Source: Oscillospiraceae bacterium
GTDB taxonomy: Bacteria > Bacillota > Clostridia > Oscillospirales > CAG-272
Assembly: GCA_015064185.1 (NCBI GenBank)
Contig: SVSS01000003.1
Coordinates: 111,791-175,790 of the forward strand
Length of the DNA stretch: 64,000 bases
Direction: 5' to 3'
The position numbers and the translations under genes are program-made. The notes below the pieces were generated by a model, which was not told the origin of the DNA, did not search any database, and saw only the letters and a program-made list of their open reading frames with translations. Shown piece after piece: positions 1 through 8,112 of this stretch. Each line of letters opens with the position of its first letter. Position 1 is the first letter of the stretch.

Positions 1-741
1 AATAAAAAAAGAGGCACGTTTGTTCCCCCAAAAAAGGGAGCGCACAAGCGCACCCTCATCGGCGGTACGTTTTGTGGGCTTTTTTTGTGTGCCGCCTCGG
101 CACTGCAGCAGCTTGGCATTGCGGGTAATACGGGCTCGCCCGGCAAGGATGCCTTTATTACCGCGCTTTATATCGTATTTGTGCCGGCGTTTGGACTTTT
201 GCTTGGCAAGCGTGCGGCGCCCCACATTTACGGATGCGTGGCGGTGGCGCTTGGCGGCTTGTGGCTGCTTTGCATGAATGGCTCCTCTCTTACCACGGGT
301 GACATTCAACTGATCCTCTGCTCGCTTTTGTTTGCTTGTCAGATGCTGCTGGTGGACCATATCGGCGATAGCGTGGATGCGGTGCGCCTGTCGGCAATGC
401 AGTTCCTGGTGGTTGGCGTGGTCTCCACCGTTTTTGCGATCGCTCTTGAGGAGCCGACGGCTGCGGGCGTGCTCACAGGCTGGTGGACGGTGCTGTATGC
501 AGGCATTTTGTCCTCTGCTGTCGCATACACGTTGCAGATCGTGGGGCAGCAGCGCACGCCTGCGGCGTTGGCAAGCCTTGTTTTAAGCCTTGAATCGGTG
601 GTTGCCGTTATCGCAAGCATGATCGCGCTTCGCCTGTATCCTACCTTAAACGAGGTGCTTGGCATGGTGCTGATCTTTGCCGCCATCATCGTGTCGCAGA
701 TTCCGTGGCGCACGTTAAAAAAGCCCAAAACGGTAGAATGA
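1..741 (+). CDS. DMT/EamA-family transporter, 5' end outside window
   Basis: Frame 1 is open from base 1. The sequence is multi-TM and hydrophobic with an EamA-like segment (GKDAFITALYIVFVP...). The listed ORF 85..741 is only the first in-window Met. Confidence 0.8.
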   Translation, partial: NKKRGTFVPPKKGAHKRTLIGGTFCGLFLCAASALQQLGIAGNTGSPGKDAFITALYIVFVPAFGLLLGKRAAPHIYGCVAVALGGLWLLCMNGSSLTTGDIQLILCSLLFACQMLLVDHIGDSVDAVRLSAMQFLVVGVVSTVFAIALEEPTAAGVLTGWWTVLYAGILSSAVAYTLQIVGQQRTPAALASLVLSLESVVAVIASMIALRLYPTLNEVLGMVLIFAAIIVSQIPWRTLKKPKTVE

Positions 742-748
742 CCGTATC

Positions 749-780
749 AAAGCCCCGCTGCAAAAGCAGCGGGGCTTTGT
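749..780 (+). terminator. Intrinsic terminator after transporter gene
   Basis: GC-rich hairpin agccccgctgc/gcagcggggct followed by a T-rich tail. Confidence 0.6.
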
Positions 781-814
781 CGAACAGTTTTTGCAAGGAA
801 TTTCAAAAGATTGC

Positions 815-843
815 TTGACAAGTGCCTTGATTTTATATATAAT
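815..843 (+). promoter_or_regulatory. Sigma-70-type promoter for tRNA-Gly
   Basis: TTGACA at 815-820, a 17-nt spacer, and TATAAT at 838-843, about 10 nt upstream of the tRNA 5' end. Confidence 0.55.
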
Positions 844-853
844 AAGATAGTCC

Positions 854-927
854 GCAGGCATAGTCTAGTGGTAAAACCCCTGCTTCCCAAGCAGGAGATG
901 CGGGTTCGATTCCCGTTGCCTGCTCCA
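854..927 (+). tRNA. tRNA-Gly (anticodon CCC), CCA encoded
   Basis: Acceptor stem gcaggca/tgcctgc, anticodon arm cctgc-ttcccaa-gcagg, T arm gcggg-ttcgatt-cccgt, terminal CCA. Length 74 nt. Confidence 0.9.
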
Positions 928-938
928 AAGCAAAAGGG

Positions 939-1455
939 GTGCCATTTGGCGCCCCTTTTGCTTTGGAGCAGCATGCGAGCCCGTTTTGCGCGCGCAAAAA
1001 GTATAAAATTTGATGATATTGCGGTACGCGCAAAAGCGGGTGCGTTGAAGCGGCTTTGCCGCTTCGTCAAATCTGTTTTGGTGGCTAGACGCCACCATTT
1101 GCTACGCAAAATCGACAGATTTGCGCATTTGCGAAGCAAATATTGCCGCCTTGTGCGGCAAATTCCCGTTGTGCCGCCGCGAAGCAAGGCAGAAAAGTGC
1201 CATTTGGCGCCCCTTTTGCTTTGGAGCAGCATGCGAGCCCGTTTTGCGCGCGTAAAAAGGTATAAAATTCGATGATATTGCGGTACGCGCAAAAGCGGGT
1301 GCGTTGAAGCGGCAAAGCCGCTTCGTCAAATCTGTTTTGGTGGCTAGACGCCACCATTTGCTACGCAAAATCGACAGATTTGCGCATTTGCGAAGCAAAT
1401 ATTGCCGCCTTGTGCGGCAAATTCCCGTTGTGCCGCAACGGAGCAAGGCGGCAGA
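939..1455. repeat. Tandem direct repeat, 2 units of about 258 bp, hairpin-dense and non-coding
   Basis: Unit 1 starts at 939 (gtgccatttggcgcccc...) and unit 2 at 1197 with the same string. The units differ at only a handful of positions, including a ttt to aaa flip of a hairpin loop (1047-1065 vs 1306-1324). Confidence 0.9.
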
Positions 1456-1608
1456 AGCGGCCGAGCCGCTTCGCCAAGGTTGCCTTGACGGCTGAACGCC
1501 GTCGCGGACCGTCAAGGACGCCGGTCCCTACGGGTGCAAATCTTACAATTCCCACCAAACGGACATAAAACGCCGTTTTGCAAAAAACGCTTGAAAGGAG
1601 AGCTGAGT

Positions 1609-2448
1609 ATGATAGAAAAGGCATATCTTGAAATCACCAATATCTGCAATCTCTCCTGTCTGTTTTGCCACAAGACGGGGCGAGAAAAGCGGCAAATGAC
1701 CGAGGCGGAGTTTGAGAGTCTTACCGACCGTCTTTCGGGCGAGGTAAAATACCTGTTTTTTCATTTGATGGGAGAGCCGCTTTTGCACCCGTTGCTGCCC
1801 CAATTTGTAAAGCGGGCAAGGGAAAAGGGCTTTTTGCCCGCCATTACGACAAACGGCACACTCCTTTCAAAAAGGGGCAAGGAGCTGGTGGATGTCGCCC
1901 CCTATAAGATCAGTATTTCTCTGCACGCGCCTGCGGCAAACGCGGCATTTTCCGATGTGGGCTACCTTTCCTCTTGTATTGATTTTGGCAAGGAGATCGC
2001 CAAACGGGGCACGATCGTTGCGTTTCGCCTTTGGAATATCGGGGGTGCGGGCGAGAGTGAGAATCAGGCGGTTCTTGCGGCACTGCATGATGCGTTCCCT
2101 GCGCAGTGGGAGGAGAAATGGAGTGGCTGGCGCCTTGCGCACAAGGTGTTTCTTGAATGGGGAGAGGAATTTGATTGGCCCGATATGAATGCTCCTGCGA
2201 TCGATGCGGATACCCCAATCTTTTGCTATGCGCTTCGCAACCAAATCGGCATTCATGCAGACGGCACGGTGGTGCCCTGCTGTCTTGATGCTGACGGCGT
2301 GCTGTCGCTTGGAAATTTACATGAGCATTCACTTTCTGAGATATTGCGTTCTCCCCGCGCCCGTGCCATATACGATGGCTTTACCGTACACCGCGCCACC
2401 GAGGAGCTTTGCCGCCGCTGCGGCTACGCGCGCAGATTTAAAGCATAA
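1609..2448 (+). CDS. Radical SAM / SPASM-domain protein
   Basis: CNLSCLFC (CxxxCxxC) near the N-terminus and a C-terminal Cys-rich SPASM/twitch-like region (PCCLDADG...CRRCGYA). RBS gaaaggag lies upstream of the ATG at 1609. The longer listed ORF from 1534 has no RBS. Confidence 0.85.
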   Translation: MIEKAYLEITNICNLSCLFCHKTGREKRQMTEAEFESLTDRLSGEVKYLFFHLMGEPLLHPLLPQFVKRAREKGFLPAITTNGTLLSKRGKELVDVAPYKISISLHAPAANAAFSDVGYLSSCIDFGKEIAKRGTIVAFRLWNIGGAGESENQAVLAALHDAFPAQWEEKWSGWRLAHKVFLEWGEEFDWPDMNAPAIDADTPIFCYALRNQIGIHADGTVVPCCLDADGVLSLGNLHEHSLSEILRSPRARAIYDGFTVHRATEELCRRCGYARRFKA

Positions 2449-2452
2449 ATAA

Positions 2453-2492
2453 AAGAGCGCTCCTCGTTTTTGAGGAACGCTCTTCATTTTTT
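2453..2492 (+). terminator. Intrinsic terminator
   Basis: Hairpin agagcgctcctc/gaggaacgctct followed by a T run. Confidence 0.6.
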
Positions 2493-2584
2493 GTGGAAAA
2501 CAGGCTCGCTTAGCGCAGTGCCGAAAGGATCGTGTCGCCGCCTATGATGCACAGTTTCGGTGTATTTACACCAGAATCAACAAT

Positions 2585-3331
2585 GTGGGCTTTTGCTCTG
2601 CCGTGCATGGATCAAGGGAGTGCCTTGCGCGTTGTGTGCAGTCTGACACTGTGGCACTGCGGCAAGTGAAAAAAACGGGAGAGCCTTATCTGCACACCTG
2701 TCCCTTTGGGCTTACCGAACTTGCTTTTCCTGTGAGGGGTGAGGGCGGCATCGTTGGGTATTTGATCGTTGGTCCCACCGTAAGTTTGTCGACCACACCA
2801 AACGACCGTGAGCTCTGTCATCTTGTTTGTCTTAAGAGCACGCATTTCAAGGAGGAGGCGCTTTTGGCTGCTGCCGGTAAGCTACCGCACTGTACCGATG
2901 CGCAGATTGAGGCGCTTGAGATGATGGCATTTGTTGTGAAGGAGCACATTGAGGGCAACCGTCTGCTGCTACCCGACCGACAGACACCCGGGCAGCTGGT
3001 GCGCACCTACGTCAAGAAGAATCTCAGTGAAAAGATAACCCTTTCAAAAATGAGCAAAAATCTGCATTGCAGTACCGTGACCCTTACTGAGGCATTTCGC
3101 CGCGAGTTTGGCGTGACGATCATGGAGTACGTTTTGGCAGAGCGCATGAAGCTGGCGCGTCGGCTGTTGCTCACGACTGCATCGATCACCGAGATCGCAT
3201 ACAGCTGCGGCTATCCCGATGTGGAATATTTCTCAAAATGCTTTAAGCGTGAAAACGGCGAGCTTTCTCCCACACAATGGCGAAAAAGGCAAGTGGTGTC
3301 ATCCGATAGCACCACAGGTGAAGTGTTGTAA
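2585..3331 (+). CDS. AraC-family transcriptional regulator with PocR-like sensory N-terminal region
   Basis: C-terminal AraC HTH (LSKMSKNLHCSTVTLTEAFRREFGVTIMEYVLAERMKLARRLL...ITEIAYSCGYPDVEYFSKCFKR). The N-terminal Cys-containing segment resembles a PocR domain. GTG start; the frame is open upstream to 2474 with no start codon. Confidence 0.75.
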   Translation: MGFCSAVHGSRECLARCVQSDTVALRQVKKTGEPYLHTCPFGLTELAFPVRGEGGIVGYLIVGPTVSLSTTPNDRELCHLVCLKSTHFKEEALLAAAGKLPHCTDAQIEALEMMAFVVKEHIEGNRLLLPDRQTPGQLVRTYVKKNLSEKITLSKMSKNLHCSTVTLTEAFRREFGVTIMEYVLAERMKLARRLLLTTASITEIAYSCGYPDVEYFSKCFKRENGELSPTQWRKRQVVSSDSTTGEVL

Positions 3332-3341
3332 TAAAAACAAT

Positions 3342-3389
3342 AAAAAAGCACGAACGGCATGCGTTTTTCATGCCGTTCGTGCTTTTTTT
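3342..3389. terminator. Bidirectional intrinsic terminator
   Basis: A 15-bp stem agcacgaacggcatg/catgccgttcgtgct flanked by an A run and a T run. It lies between convergent genes. Confidence 0.65.
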
Positions 3390-3420
3390 GGGCAATGCGC
3401 AAGCGAAAAATGCTATCGCG

Positions 3421-3585
3421 TTAGCTTTTTTCGCTATGATCCTGCTTCTTTCCCGTTGGCTCAAAGTTGCCAAGCGTGGTTTCACGTGCCTCGCGGTCAA
3501 GTGCTTGGAGCGCGAAATTGCCGAGCATTGGCGCGCTCACAGCAATATTTCTCATGACGTTTTCTTGCTTTTTACGGTCTTCCAT
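3421..3585 (-). CDS. Small hypothetical protein (54 aa), below the ORF-track cutoff
   Basis: ATG preceded by gggggtgag (RBS). Translation is MEDRKKQENVMRNIAVSAPMLGNFALQALDREARETTLGNFEPTGKKQDHSEKS. It sits 39 nt downstream of the radical SAM gene on the same strand and is followed by the terminator. Confidence 0.45.
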   Translation of the reverse strand: MEDRKKQENVMRNIAVSAPMLGNFALQALDREARETTLGNFEPTGKKQDHSEKS

Positions 3586-3624
3586 ATTCTCACCCCCGAA
3601 TTAGGATGGGCAGAGCGTAGCAAT

Positions 3625-4503
3625 TTATACATGAAAATCCGGTGTAAAGGCGGCGCTTGCGGCATCCTTGGCTTGGGTAAAGCCTGTAAAGCCGAGCCTT
3701 TCGGCTTCAAGAAGCGCTTGCTCGTATTCAAAGGTCGTAACGCGCCGCAAAAGATGCTTGGGGGCGGTTTGGGGCGCGAAATCGGGGGTATATTGGCGCA
3801 TCAGTGAGAGCAAAATATCCGATACGGGCAGTATATCTGCCAAGGCTTTCAGCACGGCGGCGGTATCCTCTCTGCAGCCCGGTAAAACAAGGTGGCGCAC
3901 CACCATGCCGCGCTGCAGCATGCCGTTGTTGTCATAGCGTACAGCGCCCACTTGACGGTACATTTCAAGGAGTGCCGCAGTGGCAACCTCTTTGTAATCC
4001 GCTGCGCCCGAGCAGGTCTTGGCAAGCGCCGCGGAAAAATACTTGAAGTCGGGCAGATAAATATCGACAAGCCCCTCTAACAGGCGCAGCGTTTCGGGGC
4101 GCTCGTATCCGCTGCTGTTCCAAACCACAGGAATTTTCAGTTGTGGCTTGATGCGTGCAAGCACACGCGCGATGCGGTCGGTATAATGCGTGCCCGTGAC
4201 AAGATTCAGGTTGTGCACACCTGTGGCGGAAAGTGAAAGGAAGAGCTCGCCAAGCTCCTCTTCGCTGACGCGCTTGCCCACAGCCTCGCGGCTGATCTCC
4301 TTGTTTTGGCAAAAGATGCAGCCAAGTGAGCAGCCTGCAAAAAACACGGTCCCCGAGCCGTTTGTGCCGCTGATGGGCGGCTCCTCAAAGTGATGGGGGG
4401 CGGCGCGCGATACAAAAATATCGGCACCTACGTGGCACATGCCGATCTCATTTTCAAGGCGCCTCGCGCCGCATTTGCGCGGGCAAAGCATACAACGGGA
4501 CAT
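3625..4503 (-). CDS. Radical SAM protein, PflX-like (pyruvate formate-lyase activase homologue family)
   Basis: N-terminal CMLCPRKC, cluster motif CSLGCIFCQN, and EEPPISG upstream of it. Confidence 0.8.
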   Translation of the reverse strand: MSRCMLCPRKCGARRLENEIGMCHVGADIFVSRAAPHHFEEPPISGTNGSGTVFFAGCSLGCIFCQNKEISREAVGKRVSEEELGELFLSLSATGVHNLNLVTGTHYTDRIARVLARIKPQLKIPVVWNSSGYERPETLRLLEGLVDIYLPDFKYFSAALAKTCSGAADYKEVATAALLEMYRQVGAVRYDNNGMLQRGMVVRHLVLPGCREDTAAVLKALADILPVSDILLSLMRQYTPDFAPQTAPKHLLRRVTTFEYEQALLEAERLGFTGFTQAKDAASAAFTPDFHV

Positions 4504-4639
4504 AGCAGTGCCCCCCTTTCACTTATTTTCCCCTTCATATTAGCACAGTACCTCAAAAAATTCAAGTTTTTTGCACGATCATGCACCAAAAGATAAAAAA
4601 TATGGTAAAATAGTAGCAGTATTTTTGGAGGTATGTCAT

Positions 4640-5917
4640 ATGAACAACAGTTGCTTTTCAAAAGCGGAGATCCTTTGCGTCGGTACCGAGCTGCTGATGG
4701 GTGATATCGTGAACACAAACGCGGCGTATATTTCTCGCCGTCTTGCCCGCCTTGGCATCGGTGTTTACCGTCAAGCGGTGGTGGGAGATAATCCCGCGCG
4801 CCTTGCCGAGGATGTGCGTGCCGCGCTTTCACGCTCCGATCTTGTCATCATGTCGGGCGGTCTTGGCCCCACCTATGACGACCTTACCAAGGAAACGGTT
4901 GCGGGGGTGTTTGGACGCAAGCTCGAGATGCACATGCCGTCCCTTGCCCGTATTGAAAATTATTTTGCTTCCACAGGACGCGTGATGACCGAGAACAATA
5001 AAAAGCAAGCCATGATGCCCGAGGGAGCGGTGGTGTTTCCAAACGATTACGGCACGGCACCTGCCTTGGCGCTTGAAAATGAGCAGGGGAAGGTCGTGGT
5101 CATGCTCCCGGGGCCTCCCCGTGAGCTTGAGCCGCTGTTTTGCGAGCAGGTAGAGCCGTATCTGAAAAAGCGTTGCGCCTCTATCATGGTCAGCCGCAAT
5201 CTGCACATCATTGGCATGGGCGAATCGGCAGTGGAAAGCGAGCTGCCGCAGGAGATCAAGGACAGCACAAATCCGACGGTCGCCCCGTACTGCGTGCCGG
5301 GCGAGGTGCGATTGCGCGTGACGGCAAGGGATAAGGATGAGAGCCACGCCATGCGTCTTTGTGATGCTATGGTAGAACGCCTTATGGCATTGCCGATCCG
5401 AAGGTTTGTATACGGAATTGACGTGCCCGATCCCGCGCACGCACTGGTTGGCGCGCTGATGGCGCGCGGCATGACGGTGGCAACGGCAGAATCCTGTACG
5501 GGTGGCCTCATTGCCAAAAAGCTGACCGACGTGGCGGGCTGCTCCACGGTAGTGGCAGGCGGTGCCGTCACCTATCAAACGCATGAAAAGGAGCAGATCC
5601 TTGGCGTTGACCCTGCACTCATTGCTACGCACACCGCGGTAAGCGAGCCGGTTGCTAAGGCAATGGCACAGGGTGCGCTTGCCCGCTTTGGGGTGGATCT
5701 TGCCATTGCCACCACGGGCTATGCAGGCCCCGGGGGAGGCACCGAAAAGGAGCCCGTTGGCACGGTATATGTGGCGGTAGCAACCAAAGATGCGGTCATC
5801 TGCCGCCGCCTTACCCTTGGCGCGCGTCGCGACCGCGCGTACGTGCGTGAGGTTGCCGCAGTACAGGCAATTTCGCAGGCAATCGGCGTGCTACAAGGAA
5901 ATTTACAAAAATCGTGA
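4640..5917 (+). CDS. cinA: CinA-family competence/damage-inducible protein (MoCF-binding plus nicotinamide-nucleotide amidase domains)
   Basis: N-terminal ILCVGTELLMGDIVNTNAAYISRRL and C-terminal TAESCTGGLIAKKLTDVAG...ATTGYAGP. RBS ggagg upstream of the ATG at 4640. Confidence 0.85.
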   Translation: MNNSCFSKAEILCVGTELLMGDIVNTNAAYISRRLARLGIGVYRQAVVGDNPARLAEDVRAALSRSDLVIMSGGLGPTYDDLTKETVAGVFGRKLEMHMPSLARIENYFASTGRVMTENNKKQAMMPEGAVVFPNDYGTAPALALENEQGKVVVMLPGPPRELEPLFCEQVEPYLKKRCASIMVSRNLHIIGMGESAVESELPQEIKDSTNPTVAPYCVPGEVRLRVTARDKDESHAMRLCDAMVERLMALPIRRFVYGIDVPDPAHALVGALMARGMTVATAESCTGGLIAKKLTDVAGCSTVVAGGAVTYQTHEKEQILGVDPALIATHTAVSEPVAKAMAQGALARFGVDLAIATTGYAGPGGGTEKEPVGTVYVAVATKDAVICRRLTLGARRDRAYVREVAAVQAISQAIGVLQGNLQKS

Positions 5918-5935
5918 AAATTTTATCAATCCTGC

Positions 5936-5964
5936 TTGACATTTCCTGTATGATATATTAGAAT
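5936..5964 (+). promoter_or_regulatory. Candidate sigma-70 promoter for pfkA-ldh
   Basis: TTGACA, 17-nt spacer, TAGAAT. Confidence 0.45.
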
Positions 5965-6020
5965 ATAGACTGTAGTATTTTTCGCAGATCCAAGAACTCG
6001 GCGTAAGAAAGGAAAAAACT

Positions 6021-7097
6021 ATGGCAAAATTTCGCAAAATCGGAATATTGACCTCGGGCGGTGACGCCCCCGGTATGAACGCCGCCATTCGTGCTGTTGC
6101 CCGCAAGGCACTTGACGAGGGTGTGGAGGTTGTTGGTATTCTTGGCGGATATTCCGGCTTGATCAAGGATAATATCGTTGTGTTTAACAGAAGAACAGTA
6201 TCCAATATCATTTCGCGCGGCGGAACGGTGCTGTATTCCGACCGTTGCCCCGAATTTAAAACAGAGGAAGGCATGCAGAAGGCGATCGAAACCTGTAAGC
6301 GCCACAACATCGATGCGATTGTTGCCATGGGTGGTGACGGTACCTTCCGCGGTGCTACGGATCTGACCAATCACGGCATTCCCACCATCGGCATTCCCTG
6401 TACCATTGACAATGATATTACCGCTACGGATTACACCATTGGCTTTGATTCCGCAATGAACACCACCATGAGCATGATCGACTGCCTGCGCGATACGTGT
6501 GAATCTCACAAGCGCTGTAACGTGGTAGAGGTTATGGGTCGTGACTGCGGTCAAATTGCGCTGTATACGGCATTGGCATCGGGCGCGGTTGCGGCTGTCA
6601 TTCCCGAGGTGCCCTTTGATGAAGGTGAGTTTATCGACCGCATGCAAGAGCTTTTGGATGCGGGCAAGCGTAGCTTCCTTGTTATTGTTAGTGAGGGTGT
6701 GCGCGGTGCTAATGGGCAGAAATACGGCGAGCAGCTTTCTCAAAAGATCGAGAGCACGCTTGGCATTGAAAGCAGATTTGCACGCTTTGCGCACGTTGTG
6801 CGCGGCGGTAGCCCCACGTTAAGAGACCGCTTTACCGCAACCCAGATGGGTGTGCGTGCGGTTGAGCGCTTGCTGCAGGGTAAGAGCAATATTGTAATTT
6901 GCGATCGTGCAGGCAAGATCACCGATCTTGATATCAACTATGCACTGGTTGCCGACCGTATGTATAAGAACAAGCTACAGCCGGGTGATCTCGATCTGTT
7001 TGGCGCAGATCAGATCGCGGATATGAAGGCGCTTGCGGCAAGGCGCAGAGCAGACATTGATACCGTTTACGGAATGGTTGCTGAAACCAGCAAGTAA
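6021..7097 (+). CDS. pfkA: ATP-dependent 6-phosphofructokinase
   Basis: IGILTSGGDAPGMNAAIRAV, GGDGT, PCTIDNDI and MGR motifs. Confidence 0.9.
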   Translation: MAKFRKIGILTSGGDAPGMNAAIRAVARKALDEGVEVVGILGGYSGLIKDNIVVFNRRTVSNIISRGGTVLYSDRCPEFKTEEGMQKAIETCKRHNIDAIVAMGGDGTFRGATDLTNHGIPTIGIPCTIDNDITATDYTIGFDSAMNTTMSMIDCLRDTCESHKRCNVVEVMGRDCGQIALYTALASGAVAAVIPEVPFDEGEFIDRMQELLDAGKRSFLVIVSEGVRGANGQKYGEQLSQKIESTLGIESRFARFAHVVRGGSPTLRDRFTATQMGVRAVERLLQGKSNIVICDRAGKITDLDINYALVADRMYKNKLQPGDLDLFGADQIADMKALAARRRADIDTVYGMVAETSK

Positions 7098-7130
7098 ACG
7101 CTACGCAGGAAAGGAACAGAGAAAAGAACC

Positions 7131-8066
7131 ATGAGAAAAGTAACCATTATCGGTGCAGGAAACGTTGGTGCGACCATTGCTTATACCCTGGCAGTAGAGG
7201 GTGTTGCCAACGAGATCGTTATTATTGATATCAAAAAGGAAAAGGCTGAGGGAGAAGCGATCGATATCGGTCAGGGCGGACTCTTTTTCCGTGAGGATGT
7301 GCGTATTGTTTCGGGCGAATACGAGGATGCGGTGGATTCCGATATCGTTGTGATCACCTCGGGTATGGCACGCAAGCCCGGCATGACCCGTCTTGATCTT
7401 GCGCAGACCAACGTAAATATTCTTTGCAGCATTGCACCGCAGATCACCAAGTATGCACCCGATGCGATCTATCTCATTGTCAGCAATCCCGTTGACGTGA
7501 TGACCTACGTGTTCCACAAGATCACCAATATCCCCGAAAGCCGCATTATCGGTTCGGGTAACAGCCTGGATACGGCGCGCCTTCGTTATTGGCTTGCAAG
7601 CCGCTTCAACATCAGCCAGCAAAACGTGCACGCTTATGTGTTTGGCGAGCACGGTGACTCCTCGTTTGTGCCGTGGTCACAGGCGGCGATCTGTACCACA
7701 ATGGTAGAGGATTACTATAAGGCGCTTGAGGGCAAGGAGATCGATAAGACAGCTGCAGAGGAATACGTACGCAAGTCGGGCGCTGAGGTCATCAAGCGCA
7801 AGGGCGCAACCTTCTATGCAGTGGCGTGTGCCGCAGTGCATATGTGCAAGGTTATTTTCAGCGGTGTGGATACCGCGCTTTCGGTTTCGGTGATGATGCA
7901 CGGTGAATACGGTGTGGAGGATGTTTGTCTTTCTACCATTTCTATCGTAGGTGAGGAGGGCATAAGAGCTCAAATTCCCGCAAAGCTTACAGAGGAGGAA
8001 ACCGCAAAGCTGCATCACAGTGCCGAATGCCTCAAAAACGTGATCAATCAAATTACTTATCAGTAA
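7131..8066 (+). CDS. ldh: L-lactate dehydrogenase
   Basis: IIGAGNVG Rossmann motif, NPVD, and GEHGDS substrate-loop motif. 311 aa. Confidence 0.85.
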   Translation: MRKVTIIGAGNVGATIAYTLAVEGVANEIVIIDIKKEKAEGEAIDIGQGGLFFREDVRIVSGEYEDAVDSDIVVITSGMARKPGMTRLDLAQTNVNILCSIAPQITKYAPDAIYLIVSNPVDVMTYVFHKITNIPESRIIGSGNSLDTARLRYWLASRFNISQQNVHAYVFGEHGDSSFVPWSQAAICTTMVEDYYKALEGKEIDKTAAEEYVRKSGAEVIKRKGATFYAVACAAVHMCKVIFSGVDTALSVSVMMHGEYGVEDVCLSTISIVGEEGIRAQIPAKLTEEETAKLHHSAECLKNVINQITYQ

Positions 8067-8077
8067 GAAATAAACAC

Positions 8078-8107
8078 AAAAGCCGCAGGCACTGCCTGCG
8101 GCTTTTC
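8078..8107. terminator. Bidirectional intrinsic terminator
   Basis: aaagccgcaggc-actg-cctgcggcttt, between convergent genes. Confidence 0.6.
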
Positions 8108-8112
8108 ATTTG

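Noticed and set aside
928-1608. Possibility that the tRNA-adjacent 680-bp non-coding region is a known giant ncRNA (ROOL/GOLLD-like).
   Set aside because: - I cannot match it to any consensus from memory.
- A near-identical internal 258-bp duplication and terminator-like hairpins at each unit start are not expected of a single conserved RNA.
- It is kept only as a check to run (Rfam scan).
747-1624. Multiple long ORFs on both strands (for example 811..1275 +, 747..1292 -, 1102..1515 -) covering tRNA-Gly and the tandem repeat.
   Set aside because: - They overlap a tRNA and each other in several frames.
- They are extremely Arg/Ala/Cys/Lys-rich and lack an RBS.
- They exist only because the palindromic GC-rich repeat is poor in stop codons.
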